A stretch of DNA of 64,000 nt from an uncultured Lentimicrobiaceae bacterium (GCA_964610025.1 CAZSTX010000001.1:8219-72218); one strand, 5' to 3'. Shown: positions 1-9,948, counted from the first letter of the stretch. Numbers and translations are program-made. Notes: a model not told the origin generated them from the letters alone.

Positions 1-319
1 TTCCTAAGAGTTTTATATGTGGTAAGCCTTGGGTGTAAGGGATTTTTTTTTGAGGAATCTTAAAATCAGGTTGAGTTAAGCGTTTGCCTACCATAGAGTT
101 GATTGTAGATACGTGAATACCAACATTATATCCTGTTGGTAATTTTAATACTATATGTAAACTGTCTGTGTTTTCGGCACGAGGAAGTATTTTGCCAGAA
201 AAATGACCGTTATGAGTGCTTATTTCAGCATCATCCCACACATGAACATTGTATTTTTTCAACACTTCTAATGCTGCTCCTTTATAACCTTGAAATATAT
301 CTTCGTTCATAGATTCCAT
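1..319 (-). CDS. gatD: Glu-tRNA(Gln) amidotransferase subunit D (GatD), 5' fragment; the gene runs off the left edge
   Basis: Absent from the ORF track because it has no stop in the window. My reverse-strand translation from the ATG at 317-319 gives MESMNEDIFQGYKGAALEVLKKYNVHVWDDAEISTHNGHFSGKILPRAENTDSLHIVLKLPTGYNVGIHVSTINSMVGKRLTQPDFKIPQKKIPYTQGLPHIKLLG. This is colinear with the GatD N-terminal barrel (KL.NGYN[IV]GI) and the entry into the asparaginase-like domain (LP.I.[IL].GTGGTI). It starts 7 nt after the gatE stop. Confidence 0.75.
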   Translation of the reverse strand, partial: MESMNEDIFQGYKGAALEVLKKYNVHVWDDAEISTHNGHFSGKILPRAENTDSLHIVLKLPTGYNVGIHVSTINSMVGKRLTQPDFKIPQKKIPYTQGLPHIKLLG

Positions 320-326
320 TATTTTT

Positions 327-2303
327 TTAAAGCATGTGTTTGGCTAATTCGCTTAAATTAATGTTGCCTAAACTTATTTTTTTTAATTGTCCCATCATGC
401 TGTTTGTTTTATCATCAGCATTTTTCTTCTTATTAATAGCTTGGTATTTTTTTGCAATTAGTGGTATTTGTTCTATTATTTCATCTTTTGTTTTTCGTTC
501 GAAATGGAGAGAGTTTAAAATAGAATTGAAATCCATAGCGGGATGGACAAACATTTTTTTTAACATTTTATAAGCGATAGCTTTGTCTATTTCTTCTTTT
601 TTCAAAAAAGCAAATAAGTCATATAGTCGCTTGATGTCAAATGGAATATGTTTGTGTTTCCCATGCAAATGCTTTAATGTTTGACCAAAAAACACCCCTA
701 TGTATTTGGGCGAATAGTGTAGCTTGTCAACTATTTTTTTTATGAGGGGTAAATAGTTGTTTGTAAAAATATACGCATAACTATCTTCAGGGATATCCCA
801 TACTTTTAATTGCTCATAAGATAGTGAAATTGATTGAGGAAGTGTGTTTTTTATTTTTTGAATTAAGTTGTCGTCAATAATAGTAGGTGGGCTATCGGTA
901 TCGGGATACATGCGGTCTTTTCCAGGTAGCACTCTTTTAAAGGCAGTAGTGCCATCAGCAAATGCTTTGCGTGTTTCTTTAGGTACTCCGTCAAATGCCA
1001 TTAGCGAACGTTCTTCTATTACTTGTAGTGCTGTTTGTAAATCGTTTTTGTTAGTCCAAAAGATAATTTGTGCATCTTGCTCTTTTGCTTGAAGTTGCTG
1101 TTGTATCTTTTTGATAAAACAGAGGTCTAATTCATTGTTTATGTCTTCGTTGCAAACCATATTGGGAATTGCAAGACAAGCTATTGTTTTTAAACGGTGA
1201 ATGTATTCGTCGTAAAATGCTTTATTGGGTTGCGTGAAATGGGATAATAAACCTGCGAAATGAGGTAAGTTTACTGCTACAAGGCTATCGTTTTGTTTAA
1301 ATGCTTTGCTGATAGGTGGATATGCTGTTGAAAAATCATTACTGTTTAATGTGATATATTGCATTTTCCAATTTTCTTTTTTAATACGTTTTTGTAGTTT
1401 TTCTTTGATAGCCAACAAAGCCCACTGTCGAAAACATTCGTTATGGCTCAATGCAGGTAGCCATTTAGTATGTGCTACTCCTTTGATTTCTATGCGTGTG
1501 CCTCCTTTACAGCTTACATTCACATCTTGGCGTCCTGTTCCTATTCCTGTGCGTACTTTTGCAGTGCTACGATTGAGAAAGCGAATGTAATTGCAAACGT
1601 CCATTACTTCTTTAGGGTGTTGCATATCAGGATAAGTAACTATTTCGACCATGGGCATTCCCATTCTATCTACACTGAAAATGCGTCTATGTCCTTCGTC
1701 TGAAATTTTACGGCACGAATCCTCTTCGATACTTAATTGTATTAGTCGTATTTTTTTATTATTTACAATTATTTCTCCTTCTATTCCTAATAGTGCAGTG
1801 CATTGAAATCCAGACGGCATAGAACCATCTAAATAAGGTTTTCTGCTAATATGTGTTTCGCTAACGGTATTCATTTTGCATGCTAAAGCAATTTCTAAAG
1901 CAATTGTTAAGGCTTCTTGGTTGATAGGGAAGGGCGGGCAGTCGTCAATGTCGTAGGTGCAGGCTGTTGTATTTGAAATGCGGTAAATAATTTCTTTTTT
2001 TGTTTTAAATTCCATCAGTGCCGATTCGTCATAAGTTCCTAATTCAGATAGCGTTGGACGCATGTGCCGTAATAGTTCGGCATCGTATTGATTGAGATTT
2101 TGATAAATGCCTGCTGGGCAATGACAAAATAGTTTTTCTTTTGTCAATAGTTGTTGATGTACTTCTAATCCTACTGAAAAGCCGATGCGTTGATAGTCTA
2201 TTGGGTGGGCATTTTTCAGCGCTATATAGCCAATTGATTGTTTGCTTGATTCGAAATTTTCTTTTGGATTGATAGGTTTCACTCTATTGCGTTTAGTATT
2301 CAA
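327..2303 (-). CDS. gatE: Glu-tRNA(Gln) amidotransferase subunit E (GatE, archaeal-type GatB paralog)
   Basis: 658 aa. It has the GatB/E cradle motifs GLEVHQQL..KLFCHC and RPTLSELG. It is about 150-180 aa longer than GatB, which is consistent with the GatE insertion domain. The tail motifs VPKETRKAFADGTTAFKRVLPGKDRMYPDTDSPP and MMGQLKK are present. gatD follows immediately downstream. Confidence 0.8.
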   Translation of the reverse strand: MNTKRNRVKPINPKENFESSKQSIGYIALKNAHPIDYQRIGFSVGLEVHQQLLTKEKLFCHCPAGIYQNLNQYDAELLRHMRPTLSELGTYDESALMEFKTKKEIIYRISNTTACTYDIDDCPPFPINQEALTIALEIALACKMNTVSETHISRKPYLDGSMPSGFQCTALLGIEGEIIVNNKKIRLIQLSIEEDSCRKISDEGHRRIFSVDRMGMPMVEIVTYPDMQHPKEVMDVCNYIRFLNRSTAKVRTGIGTGRQDVNVSCKGGTRIEIKGVAHTKWLPALSHNECFRQWALLAIKEKLQKRIKKENWKMQYITLNSNDFSTAYPPISKAFKQNDSLVAVNLPHFAGLLSHFTQPNKAFYDEYIHRLKTIACLAIPNMVCNEDINNELDLCFIKKIQQQLQAKEQDAQIIFWTNKNDLQTALQVIEERSLMAFDGVPKETRKAFADGTTAFKRVLPGKDRMYPDTDSPPTIIDDNLIQKIKNTLPQSISLSYEQLKVWDIPEDSYAYIFTNNYLPLIKKIVDKLHYSPKYIGVFFGQTLKHLHGKHKHIPFDIKRLYDLFAFLKKEEIDKAIAYKMLKKMFVHPAMDFNSILNSLHFERKTKDEIIEQIPLIAKKYQAINKKKNADDKTNSMMGQLKKISLGNINLSELAKHML

Positions 2304-2341
2304 TTGTTAAAATGGTGAAGTTGTTAGTTGTATAATATTAT

Positions 2342-4954
2342 TTATTGTTTAGATATGATTTCTATAATTTTTTCTACTGCTATTTTTAGTCCCTCGGGAT
2401 TTTTACCTCCTGCTGTGGCAAGTGTAGGTTGTCCACCGCCGCCACCTTGAATGAGTGGAGCAATTTCGCGTACTAATAGGGTAGCATTATAGCCTTTTTC
2501 TATCATATTATCAGATAAAGCTATAATAATATTTGCCTTTCCTTCTACATTACTTCCAAAGAGTATCAATGTGTCTTGCAAGCTGTTTTTTAATTGATAA
2601 GCTGCATTTTTAAGAAGTTCAGACGACATATTGTTGATGGATTGCAAAATATTGATGCCATTAATAGTAATCATTTCTTTTTTTACTTGATTTACAAAAT
2701 TAATGGTTTTTTCTTGTTCTAATACTTCGATAGTTTTACGGTAGTTTTCTAACTCTTGTGTTATTTTTTTTACAGCAGGAATGACTTGTGGAGCATTGAG
2801 CATTTCTTTTATTTCTTCTATTTGCTGTTGATAGTGGCGAATGTAGTCTTCTGCATTTTTGCCACTTACCGCTTCGATACGCCGTATGCCGGCTGCAATA
2901 GCACTTTCGCTGATGATTTTTACTAATCCTATATTGCCTGTAGCCGATGTGTGGGTGCCACCACAAAGCTCTATCGAGTCGCCAAATTGTATTACTCTGA
3001 CTGTATTACCGTATTTTTCGCCAAATAATGCAATTGCATCCAACGATTTAGCTGCATCTATTGATATGTTTCTAAGTTCTTTTAAAAGAATGTTTTCTCT
3101 TACTAAATCGTTGACAAGGTTTTCTACTCTTTCTAATTCTTCGTTGCTGACTTTTGAAAAATGGGAAAAATCGAAACGTAATCGTTCATGATTTACCAAT
3201 GAACCTTTTTGCTCGACATGTGTACCTAATACTTTACGCAAGGCATAATGTATTAAATGCGTAGCAGTATGGTTGTTTTGTGTAGCCATGCGTGTTTCTA
3301 TATTTACTTTTGCAACGAATGTATTTTCTGTATTTTCAGGAAGAGTAGGAGCTATGTGTAGTGTTAAATTGTTTTCTTTGATAGTGTTGATAATAGTAAT
3401 TTTTTCGTTGGCATTTTCCAATGTGCCACTGTCGCCTACTTGCCCTCCGGCTTCGGCATAGAAAGGTGTTTTGTTGAGTACTAATTGGTAGAATTGTTTT
3501 CCTTTTACTTTTACTAATCTGTATTTTATTATTTTACATTCATATTCTAAAGTGTCGTAACCAATAAATTCGGTTTGCGAAGCATTAGGAATTACTTCTT
3601 GCCAATCGTCTGTTTGCAAGGTAGCTACAGCACGTGAACGGTCTTTTTGTGCTTGCAATCCTTCATGGAAAGTTTGCATATCGACACTATAACCTTTTTC
3701 TTTTGCCATAAGCTGTGTTAAATCGATAGGAAAACCGTAGGTGTCGAAAAGTTCAAAAGCAAAATTGCCATTAATAACCGTATCGGTGGTATGTGATTGT
3801 ATGTAGTGTTCAAACTTTTGGATACCTTGCGATAAAGTTCGCAAAAATGATTGTTCTTCTTCTAATAATACTTTGATAATTAGCTCTTGTTGTAGTTGTA
3901 ATTCTGGAAAATGTGTCCCCATTGTTTTTACTAAGGTAGGGACTAATGTTGCAAGAAAAGCTTTATCAAAGTTTAAAAAAGTAAAGCCATAACGTACAGC
4001 ACGTCTTAAAATACGGCGTACGACATAACCGGCTCCTGTATTAGAGGGGAGTTGCCCATCGGCAATAGTGAAGCAAACAGCTCGTAAGTGGTCTGCAATT
4101 ACACGCATAGCGATATCGCAATCTTTGTTGTTACCATAGTTTTTTTGTGATAAAGAGGCAATTTTTTGAATGAGTGTTTGAAATATATCGGTGTCATAAT
4201 TCGATTGTTTGTTTTGCAGTATCATACACAAGCGTTCTAATCCCATGCCTGTATCTACGTAATTATGGGCAAGTGGCATTAAGCTGCCGTTAGCTTGACG
4301 ATTGTATTGGATGAAAACTAAATTCCATATTTCGATTACTAAGGGGTGGTCTTTATTGACTAATTCTTTGCCCGATATTTTCTTTTTTTCTTCTTCTGAG
4401 CGTATGTCTACGTGTATTTCTGAACAAGGACCACAAGGACCTGTATCGCCCATTTCCCAGAAATTATCTTTTTTAGTTCCAAACAATATTTTATCTTTTG
4501 GCAGTATTGTTTCCCAAATTTGATAAGATTCCTTGTCTTTTTCTGTTCCGTCTTTAACATCGCCACCAAAAACGGTAACGTATAGGTTTTGTGGCGATAT
4601 TTTAAATGTTTCTGTTAGTAATTCCCATGCCCACTCGATAGCTTCTTTTTTAAAATAATCGCCAAACGACCAATTGCCAAGCATTTCGAACATGGTGTGA
4701 TGGTAGGTGTCTCTTCCAACTTCTTCTAAATCGTTGTGTTTCCCAGAAACTCGCAAGCATTTTTGACTATTGGCTATGCGATCGTATTGTGGTAAAGTGT
4801 TTCCTAAAAAAACATCTTTAAAACGATTCATACCTGCATTTGTGAACATTAAACTTGGGTCGTTTTTAACGATAATAGAGTCAGAAGGGATAATCTGATG
4901 GCGTTTTTTTTCAAAAAAATCTAAAAATGTCTTACGTATTTCACTTGCAATCAT
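2342..4954 (-). CDS. alaS: Alanine--tRNA ligase
   Basis: 870 aa. The N-terminus is FLDFFEKKRHQIIPSDSIIVKNDPSLMFTNAGMNRFKDVFLG. The editing-domain HxxxH (HTATHLIHYAL) and CGGTH motifs and a C-terminal DHHA1-like GGGGG segment are present. Confidence 0.97.
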   Translation of the reverse strand: MIASEIRKTFLDFFEKKRHQIIPSDSIIVKNDPSLMFTNAGMNRFKDVFLGNTLPQYDRIANSQKCLRVSGKHNDLEEVGRDTYHHTMFEMLGNWSFGDYFKKEAIEWAWELLTETFKISPQNLYVTVFGGDVKDGTEKDKESYQIWETILPKDKILFGTKKDNFWEMGDTGPCGPCSEIHVDIRSEEEKKKISGKELVNKDHPLVIEIWNLVFIQYNRQANGSLMPLAHNYVDTGMGLERLCMILQNKQSNYDTDIFQTLIQKIASLSQKNYGNNKDCDIAMRVIADHLRAVCFTIADGQLPSNTGAGYVVRRILRRAVRYGFTFLNFDKAFLATLVPTLVKTMGTHFPELQLQQELIIKVLLEEEQSFLRTLSQGIQKFEHYIQSHTTDTVINGNFAFELFDTYGFPIDLTQLMAKEKGYSVDMQTFHEGLQAQKDRSRAVATLQTDDWQEVIPNASQTEFIGYDTLEYECKIIKYRLVKVKGKQFYQLVLNKTPFYAEAGGQVGDSGTLENANEKITIINTIKENNLTLHIAPTLPENTENTFVAKVNIETRMATQNNHTATHLIHYALRKVLGTHVEQKGSLVNHERLRFDFSHFSKVSNEELERVENLVNDLVRENILLKELRNISIDAAKSLDAIALFGEKYGNTVRVIQFGDSIELCGGTHTSATGNIGLVKIISESAIAAGIRRIEAVSGKNAEDYIRHYQQQIEEIKEMLNAPQVIPAVKKITQELENYRKTIEVLEQEKTINFVNQVKKEMITINGINILQSINNMSSELLKNAAYQLKNSLQDTLILFGSNVEGKANIIIALSDNMIEKGYNATLLVREIAPLIQGGGGGQPTLATAGGKNPEGLKIAVEKIIEIISKQ

Positions 4955-5223
4955 AGATGTCTATATTCTTTATTAGAATTTACAAAAATACATAAAATTG
5001 CTTCATTTTAGAATGATTTTATAAGCAAATACAGTATTTTCGTTTTTATTTGATTTTATAAATTTGAAAAAGATAGAATTTATTTTGGTGTAAGTTATTT
5101 TTTCTGTCTGATAGAAAACAAATATATTGGCTTGTATTATAAAGCAGTTATAATATTATAAAGGCTTCATCATGATTTGTAAAAAATAATATGAAACATT
5201 AGTGGGTAATGAAAGATTTTTAC

Positions 5224-5231
5224 TATCTTTG
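5224..5231 (+). promoter_or_regulatory. Candidate Bacteroidota -7 promoter box (TATCTTTG) for the 5261 gene
   Basis: An exact TAnnTTTG match lies 30 nt upstream of the GTG start. The same motif recurs ahead of many genes in this window. Confidence 0.45.
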
Positions 5232-5260
5232 CTTTATTATTTTTAATCTAATTTTTTATA

Positions 5261-8200
5261 GTGCATTGTAATCGTTATTTTATTTTATTACTTTTATATA
5301 CAGCTTTTTGTATGTCTGCGTTTTCTCAGATAAGCAAATGGGATGGAAGTGTGCAGCGTTGGACAAGAGGCAATGGAAGTGAAAATAATCCATACTTTAT
5401 TGATAGTGCTTCTCAATTGGCTTATTTGGCTCAGAGTGTTAATGCTGGAATAATTTATGCCGATACTTTTTTTGAGTTAACAACCAATATTGATTTAGAT
5501 AGTTTGAATTGGACACCAATTGGTTATACTGCTAATGAGTTTTATATTGGAAATTTTAATGGTAATAATTATAGCATTTATAATCTTCACTGTAAAGATA
5601 CATCTTATCGTTTTGGTATAGTTTATAGTGGATTGTTTGGTTATGTTTTAGATGCTAAAATTAGCAATGTAAATATAAAAGGAAACACAGTAATATTATC
5701 TTCATTTTCAACTTCTTATAATTTTTACGCAGGTGGAATCGCGGCTTATGCTTTCGCTTCTGAGATTGAGAATTGTAGTTTTGAAGGTTGTATTTCTACT
5801 TATGCTGTTACGTCTATTGCTTATGTAGGGGGCATATTGGGGTTTTCTGCATCTGCTACTAATATCATTCATTGCCATAACAAAGGAAAAATATTTTCTT
5901 CTTCTTTGAATACCGCTTATGGTGGAGGTATATTGGCTGATTGTGATAATGGTTCGCCTCTCATACAATATTGTTGTAATGATGGTTATGTGTATGTTAC
6001 AGCTTATAAATATGTTTATGCAGGTGGAATAATAGCAAGACTTAATTATAATGCATCAATTGAAGGTTGTTTTAACGCTGGAATTATTGAAACCTATTCT
6101 AATTCTTATGCTTACACTGGTGGTCTGGTAGGATTGGGTAATAATTGTCTTATTAATGAATCGTATAATGATGCAGCTGTCTATGCAGTAGCTTACGATT
6201 ATGCTTATGCAGGTGGAATAATAGGTTTTACAGAGCATACTTCTTCTATTTCAAATGTTTATAATAAAGGGAATGTCTTATCTAATTCGTACTATTACAA
6301 ATCTTATGTAGGAGGAATAATTGGTAATGTACATAATTATTCCTATATGCCAACCATTTTAAAATCGTGTTATAATGTAGGATATTTATATTCAATATCA
6401 TCTAAAACAGCTTTTTTAGGAGGAATATGTGGAGAGATAACTATTAATATTACCATTAATAATGCCTATTGTTTGCAAACACCATTTTTTTATCCTACTA
6501 ATCAAAGTGGAAAAATGGTAGATTGTTCTTTTTTATGTTCACAACAGGCTGTCGATTCTTTAAATCAAGAAGATAAAGTGTGGTTGTTTGATGATGCTCT
6601 GTTAAACGATGGCTATCCATTGCTGAAAAACGCAGGAAGAAGTTTTGTAGTAACAAATCCTCCCATTGTGCAATCAATGAGCGTTGTTTTAGAAGGCGTT
6701 GCTATTCGTCGCTCACATGCAATATTAAAAAAAGGTTTTGCTTATAAAAAACATCAGGACATTAATTTCACGTATATTTCAATAGATAGTTCCCATAGTT
6801 TTCAAACAGTACTGAAGGATATAGTAGCCGATACTCTTTATGAATACAAAGCGTATATTGTTTTGAAAACAGATACTATTTTTGGAGCAAGTCTTTTTTT
6901 TAAGATAGGAGAAATGCAAGTGTATACCTTAGCCGCAACAGCTTTAAAAGCAAATAGTGCTTTGTTGAATGCTCGTATTGAATATGGCGAAAATGTCGTT
7001 GTTAGTAAAGGATTTAAATGGAAAAAAGTGTTAGATGAAACAGATAATTATTTAATGGTAGACTATGCTTGTTTTTCAAGTAAATTATTTAATTTACTTT
7101 CTAATACCGATTATGTATGCCAAGCTTTTGTCGTTACCTCATTAGATACGATATACGCTAATAGCGTTTATTTTAAGACACAACTTCAACAATCAGTGGT
7201 AGAAACAAATCTTGCAACGGCTATTTCGCCTTATTCAGCTATTTTGAGTGCTTATATCCAGTATGGAGACGATACTATTGTTAAAAAAGGATTTGAATGG
7301 AAAGAAGAGTCAAGCTATAAAACAAATATTGTTTATGTAAATGACACATCTTTTTCTTTTGTTTTAAACGATTTATCTTCAAATGAAAATTATTTATACC
7401 GTTCTTTTATTATAACTACTACCGATACTATTTTTGGAAATGAATTGGCATTTAAGACTTTACGTTCTTGTAGTTTAATCACACATCCAGCTACTTCGGT
7501 AGCAATGTGTGCTGCTGTGCTAAATGGACATATCAGTGTGTGCGATGAAAATGTGTATATGCAAGGATTTTTATGGCGTGCTGTTGATGATACGAGTGAG
7601 CAAATAATACAAAACTATGGCATTGATATTTCAGACACTCTTTATGAATTATCGCCTCAAACGAATTATGTTTATTGTGTTTTTTTAATTACTAATAATG
7701 GTGTTTTTTATGGTAATTTAGAATATTTTACAACATTAAACTATTCTTTTAAAGTTACCACAATAGAAGCAAGTGATATAGGAGCTACAACTGCGGTTTT
7801 GCATGGGCAGGTAGTTTATGGTAAAGAAAATGTATTAATGCAAGGCTTTGAATACAAAGAAAAATCGTCTGAAAACTATATGATAGTAAAAGTAGACGGA
7901 AACAATATGGTAGATACACTGAACAATTTAAAACCATTGACAGATTACCAATTTCGAGCTTTTGTTATGATAGCCCAAGGAGTTGTTTATGGTGAAACCT
8001 TGTCGTTTTCTACTTTAGAAGATACTAAAATAAATGAAATAATTACTAATAATCCATTGTGTTTTTATCCTAATCCTGTCGAAGATAAATTGTATTTAGT
8101 ATTTGACAATGATAGTCTTATAAATGCTAAACTTGAAATAGTTGATATGTATGGCAAATCGTATTATCATCAACTCTTAACATCGAAAAATATGCTTATT

Positions 8201-8290
8201 AACTTGGATAAGTTTCCAAAAGGTTTTTATATATTGACAGTCAAAAAAGATAGTTTAATTCAACAATCATATAAATTTATTAAAAAATAA
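5261..8290 (+). CDS. Large secreted repeat protein with GLUG-like N-terminal repeats, five tandem ~90-aa domains and a T9SS C-terminal sorting domain
   Basis: 1009 aa with a GTG start giving the signal peptide MHCNRYFILLLLYTAFCMSAFSQ. Y[AV]GGI[IL]G-type motifs recur through residues ~150-400. Five repeats of the pattern ...KGFEWK...Y.Y.AF..T..DTIFG..L.F.T follow. The C-terminus (FYPNPVEDKLYLVF...GFYILTVKK) is typical of Por/T9SS CTDs. Confidence 0.8.
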   Translation: MHCNRYFILLLLYTAFCMSAFSQISKWDGSVQRWTRGNGSENNPYFIDSASQLAYLAQSVNAGIIYADTFFELTTNIDLDSLNWTPIGYTANEFYIGNFNGNNYSIYNLHCKDTSYRFGIVYSGLFGYVLDAKISNVNIKGNTVILSSFSTSYNFYAGGIAAYAFASEIENCSFEGCISTYAVTSIAYVGGILGFSASATNIIHCHNKGKIFSSSLNTAYGGGILADCDNGSPLIQYCCNDGYVYVTAYKYVYAGGIIARLNYNASIEGCFNAGIIETYSNSYAYTGGLVGLGNNCLINESYNDAAVYAVAYDYAYAGGIIGFTEHTSSISNVYNKGNVLSNSYYYKSYVGGIIGNVHNYSYMPTILKSCYNVGYLYSISSKTAFLGGICGEITINITINNAYCLQTPFFYPTNQSGKMVDCSFLCSQQAVDSLNQEDKVWLFDDALLNDGYPLLKNAGRSFVVTNPPIVQSMSVVLEGVAIRRSHAILKKGFAYKKHQDINFTYISIDSSHSFQTVLKDIVADTLYEYKAYIVLKTDTIFGASLFFKIGEMQVYTLAATALKANSALLNARIEYGENVVVSKGFKWKKVLDETDNYLMVDYACFSSKLFNLLSNTDYVCQAFVVTSLDTIYANSVYFKTQLQQSVVETNLATAISPYSAILSAYIQYGDDTIVKKGFEWKEESSYKTNIVYVNDTSFSFVLNDLSSNENYLYRSFIITTTDTIFGNELAFKTLRSCSLITHPATSVAMCAAVLNGHISVCDENVYMQGFLWRAVDDTSEQIIQNYGIDISDTLYELSPQTNYVYCVFLITNNGVFYGNLEYFTTLNYSFKVTTIEASDIGATTAVLHGQVVYGKENVLMQGFEYKEKSSENYMIVKVDGNNMVDTLNNLKPLTDYQFRAFVMIAQGVVYGETLSFSTLEDTKINEIITNNPLCFYPNPVEDKLYLVFDNDSLINAKLEIVDMYGKSYYHQLLTSKNMLINLDKFPKGFYILTVKKDSLIQQSYKFIKK
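6640..8030 (+). repeat. Five tandem ~270-nt (about 90-aa) coding repeats inside the 5261-8290 gene
   Basis: Protein-level periodicity is visible in units starting VVTNPP.., VYTLAAT.., VVETNLAT.., LITHPATS.. and VTTIEASD... Each unit ends in ..F[KFST][TI]. The boundaries are approximate. Confidence 0.6.
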
Positions 8291-8298
8291 ATTGTCAA

Positions 8299-9414
8299 AT
8301 GAATACAACATCATCGAATTTGTATTATACACTCTTACTGTCTCAACTGCCAAACATAGGCAATATTACAGCAAGAAAATTGATTACAGAATGTGGTAGT
8401 GCAGAGGCAGTATTGAAAGAAAAAAAAGAAAAACTTATTTTGATTGGAGGTGTTGGATTTAAGGTAGTTGAAAGTATTCGAAATATTTCAGCAGCGACTT
8501 ACAAAAAAGTAGAACAAGAAATTGATTTTATTAAGCAACATAACATAACAACTTATATTGTAACGGAACCAAATTATCCGAAGCGGCTACGTCATTGTAT
8601 TGATGCTCCTATTTTACTTTTTGGAAAAGGGGCAATTGATTTTGATGTTCCAAAAGTATTAGCTATTGTTGGAACTAGAAAAGCTGATAACTATGGACTT
8701 AGTACTACCAAACAAATAGTTGCTGATTTATTACAATTAGATGTTTTAATAGTGAGTGGTTTAGCGTATGGAATAGATACAGTTGCTCACGAAGCAGCTT
8801 TGCATCATAATTTGCAAACAATAGGAGTGTTAGGGCACGGCTTGCATATGTTGTATCCTAATAAAAATAAAAAAACAGCTTCTCGTATGCTTAACAAAGG
8901 AGGAATTATTACAGAGTATTGGAGCGATATAGGTCCTGATCCTCAAAATTTTCCTGTAAGAAATAGAATTATTGCTGGATTGTCTGATGCTATTGTTGTT
9001 GTTGAAGCATGTCAAGAAGGAGGAGCATTGATTACAGCCAATTTAGCATTTTCGTATGATAGAGATGTGTTTGCAGTGCCTGGCAAGATAGGAGATAAAC
9101 TTTCTATAGGGTGTAATAATTTGATTAAAAGCAATAAAGCAGCTCTTATAACATCAGCTAACGATATTATAGAAATGATGCGATGGGAGACGGGCAATAC
9201 AAGCAAAAAGAGCCGTCAAGAAAAATTGTTTTTTGATTTAGACGAAGATGAAAAGCAAATTATAGCTATTATTCAGCAAAATAATGAAATAGATATTGAT
9301 GTGTTGACAAGTAAAATAAATATGCCTATTTCACGTTTAACAGCATTATTGCTTTCTCTTGAATGTAAGTCATACATAGAGTGTTTGCCAGGGAAGCGAT
9401 ACATAATTATTTAA
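8299..9414 (+). CDS. dprA: DNA-processing protein DprA (Smf)
   Basis: 371 aa with an N-terminal LPNIGNITARKLI helix-hairpin-helix and a Rossmann core (VGTRKADNYG, SGLAYGIDTVAHEAAL, VVVEA..GGALITA). Confidence 0.9.
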   Translation: MNTTSSNLYYTLLLSQLPNIGNITARKLITECGSAEAVLKEKKEKLILIGGVGFKVVESIRNISAATYKKVEQEIDFIKQHNITTYIVTEPNYPKRLRHCIDAPILLFGKGAIDFDVPKVLAIVGTRKADNYGLSTTKQIVADLLQLDVLIVSGLAYGIDTVAHEAALHHNLQTIGVLGHGLHMLYPNKNKKTASRMLNKGGIITEYWSDIGPDPQNFPVRNRIIAGLSDAIVVVEACQEGGALITANLAFSYDRDVFAVPGKIGDKLSIGCNNLIKSNKAALITSANDIIEMMRWETGNTSKKSRQEKLFFDLDEDEKQIIAIIQQNNEIDIDVLTSKINMPISRLTALLLSLECKSYIECLPGKRYIII

Positions 9415-9440
9415 TGACTATTTCTTATAAAAGAATAATA

Positions 9441-9890
9441 ATGAAAACTAAAAAAATAAAATTTTATCTAATTAAGTTATTGATAACTTCTTTTTCGGTC
9501 TTATTTGCGGCTTGGATTTTGCAAAGCGGTATTCATATTCAGGAGCCACGTATTTTTACTGCTGTAGTCGTAGGGCTTGTTTTAATATTGTTAAATACTT
9601 TTCTCCGCCCTCTGTTGATAAGCATGACCATCCCTTTAACTATTTTTTCTTTTGGATTTTTTCTTCTCATTATTAATGCTATTGTTATTAAATTGATTGA
9701 TTTTATTTTGCCGGGTTTTACTGTTGATAGTTTTTTATGGGCAATGTTATATGGAATAATCGTTTCGTTTACAAGCTCTTTAATAGAAATTTTTGGAAAT
9801 ATAAAAATTATACGCTATCATCATAAAACTATGTATGATAATAAAAATGACGACGACGACGATGAGTTTACTCCTTACGAAGAAGTGTAA
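9441..9890 (+). CDS. Phage-holin-family-4 / YvlD (DUF360)-like small membrane protein
   Basis: Four hydrophobic helices with the family-typical LNTFLRPLL....PLTIFSFGFFLLIINAIV...PGF.VDSF pattern, plus an acidic tail (DDDDDE). I prefer the ATG at 9441 (MKTKKIKF). The track ORF from 9381 would overlap the dprA end. Confidence 0.75.
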   Translation: MKTKKIKFYLIKLLITSFSVLFAAWILQSGIHIQEPRIFTAVVVGLVLILLNTFLRPLLISMTIPLTIFSFGFFLLIINAIVIKLIDFILPGFTVDSFLWAMLYGIIVSFTSSLIEIFGNIKIIRYHHKTMYDNKNDDDDDEFTPYEEV

Positions 9891-9899
9891 TAAAAAAAA

Positions 9900-9927
9900 G
9901 TAAGCTGCTTTTGTTTAAGCAGCTTAC
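9900..9927. terminator. Intrinsic terminator hairpin between convergent genes
   Basis: An 11-bp perfect stem, GTAAGCTGCTT / AAGCAGCTTAC, with a 6-nt loop. An A-run lies on the + strand upstream, which is a U-run after the hairpin on the - strand, so it is best placed to terminate hydG. It may also serve the 9441 gene. Confidence 0.7.
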
Positions 9928-9948
9928 TCACATAATAACATAATAATT

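Noticed and set aside
2736-3461. Several 60-110-aa ORFs on both strands within alaS
   Set aside because: They are out-of-frame or antisense artefacts inside an uninterrupted 870-aa AlaRS.
9381-9440. Longer N-terminus for the holin-like gene (track start 9381)
   Set aside because: It would overlap dprA by 34 nt and add a non-hydrophobic, non-conserved 20 aa. The ATG at 9441 gives the family-typical N-terminus. Similar extensions were rejected at 21652-21693 (SulP), 23986-24063 (U32), 32625-32657 (msrA) and 15784-15834 (aroE).
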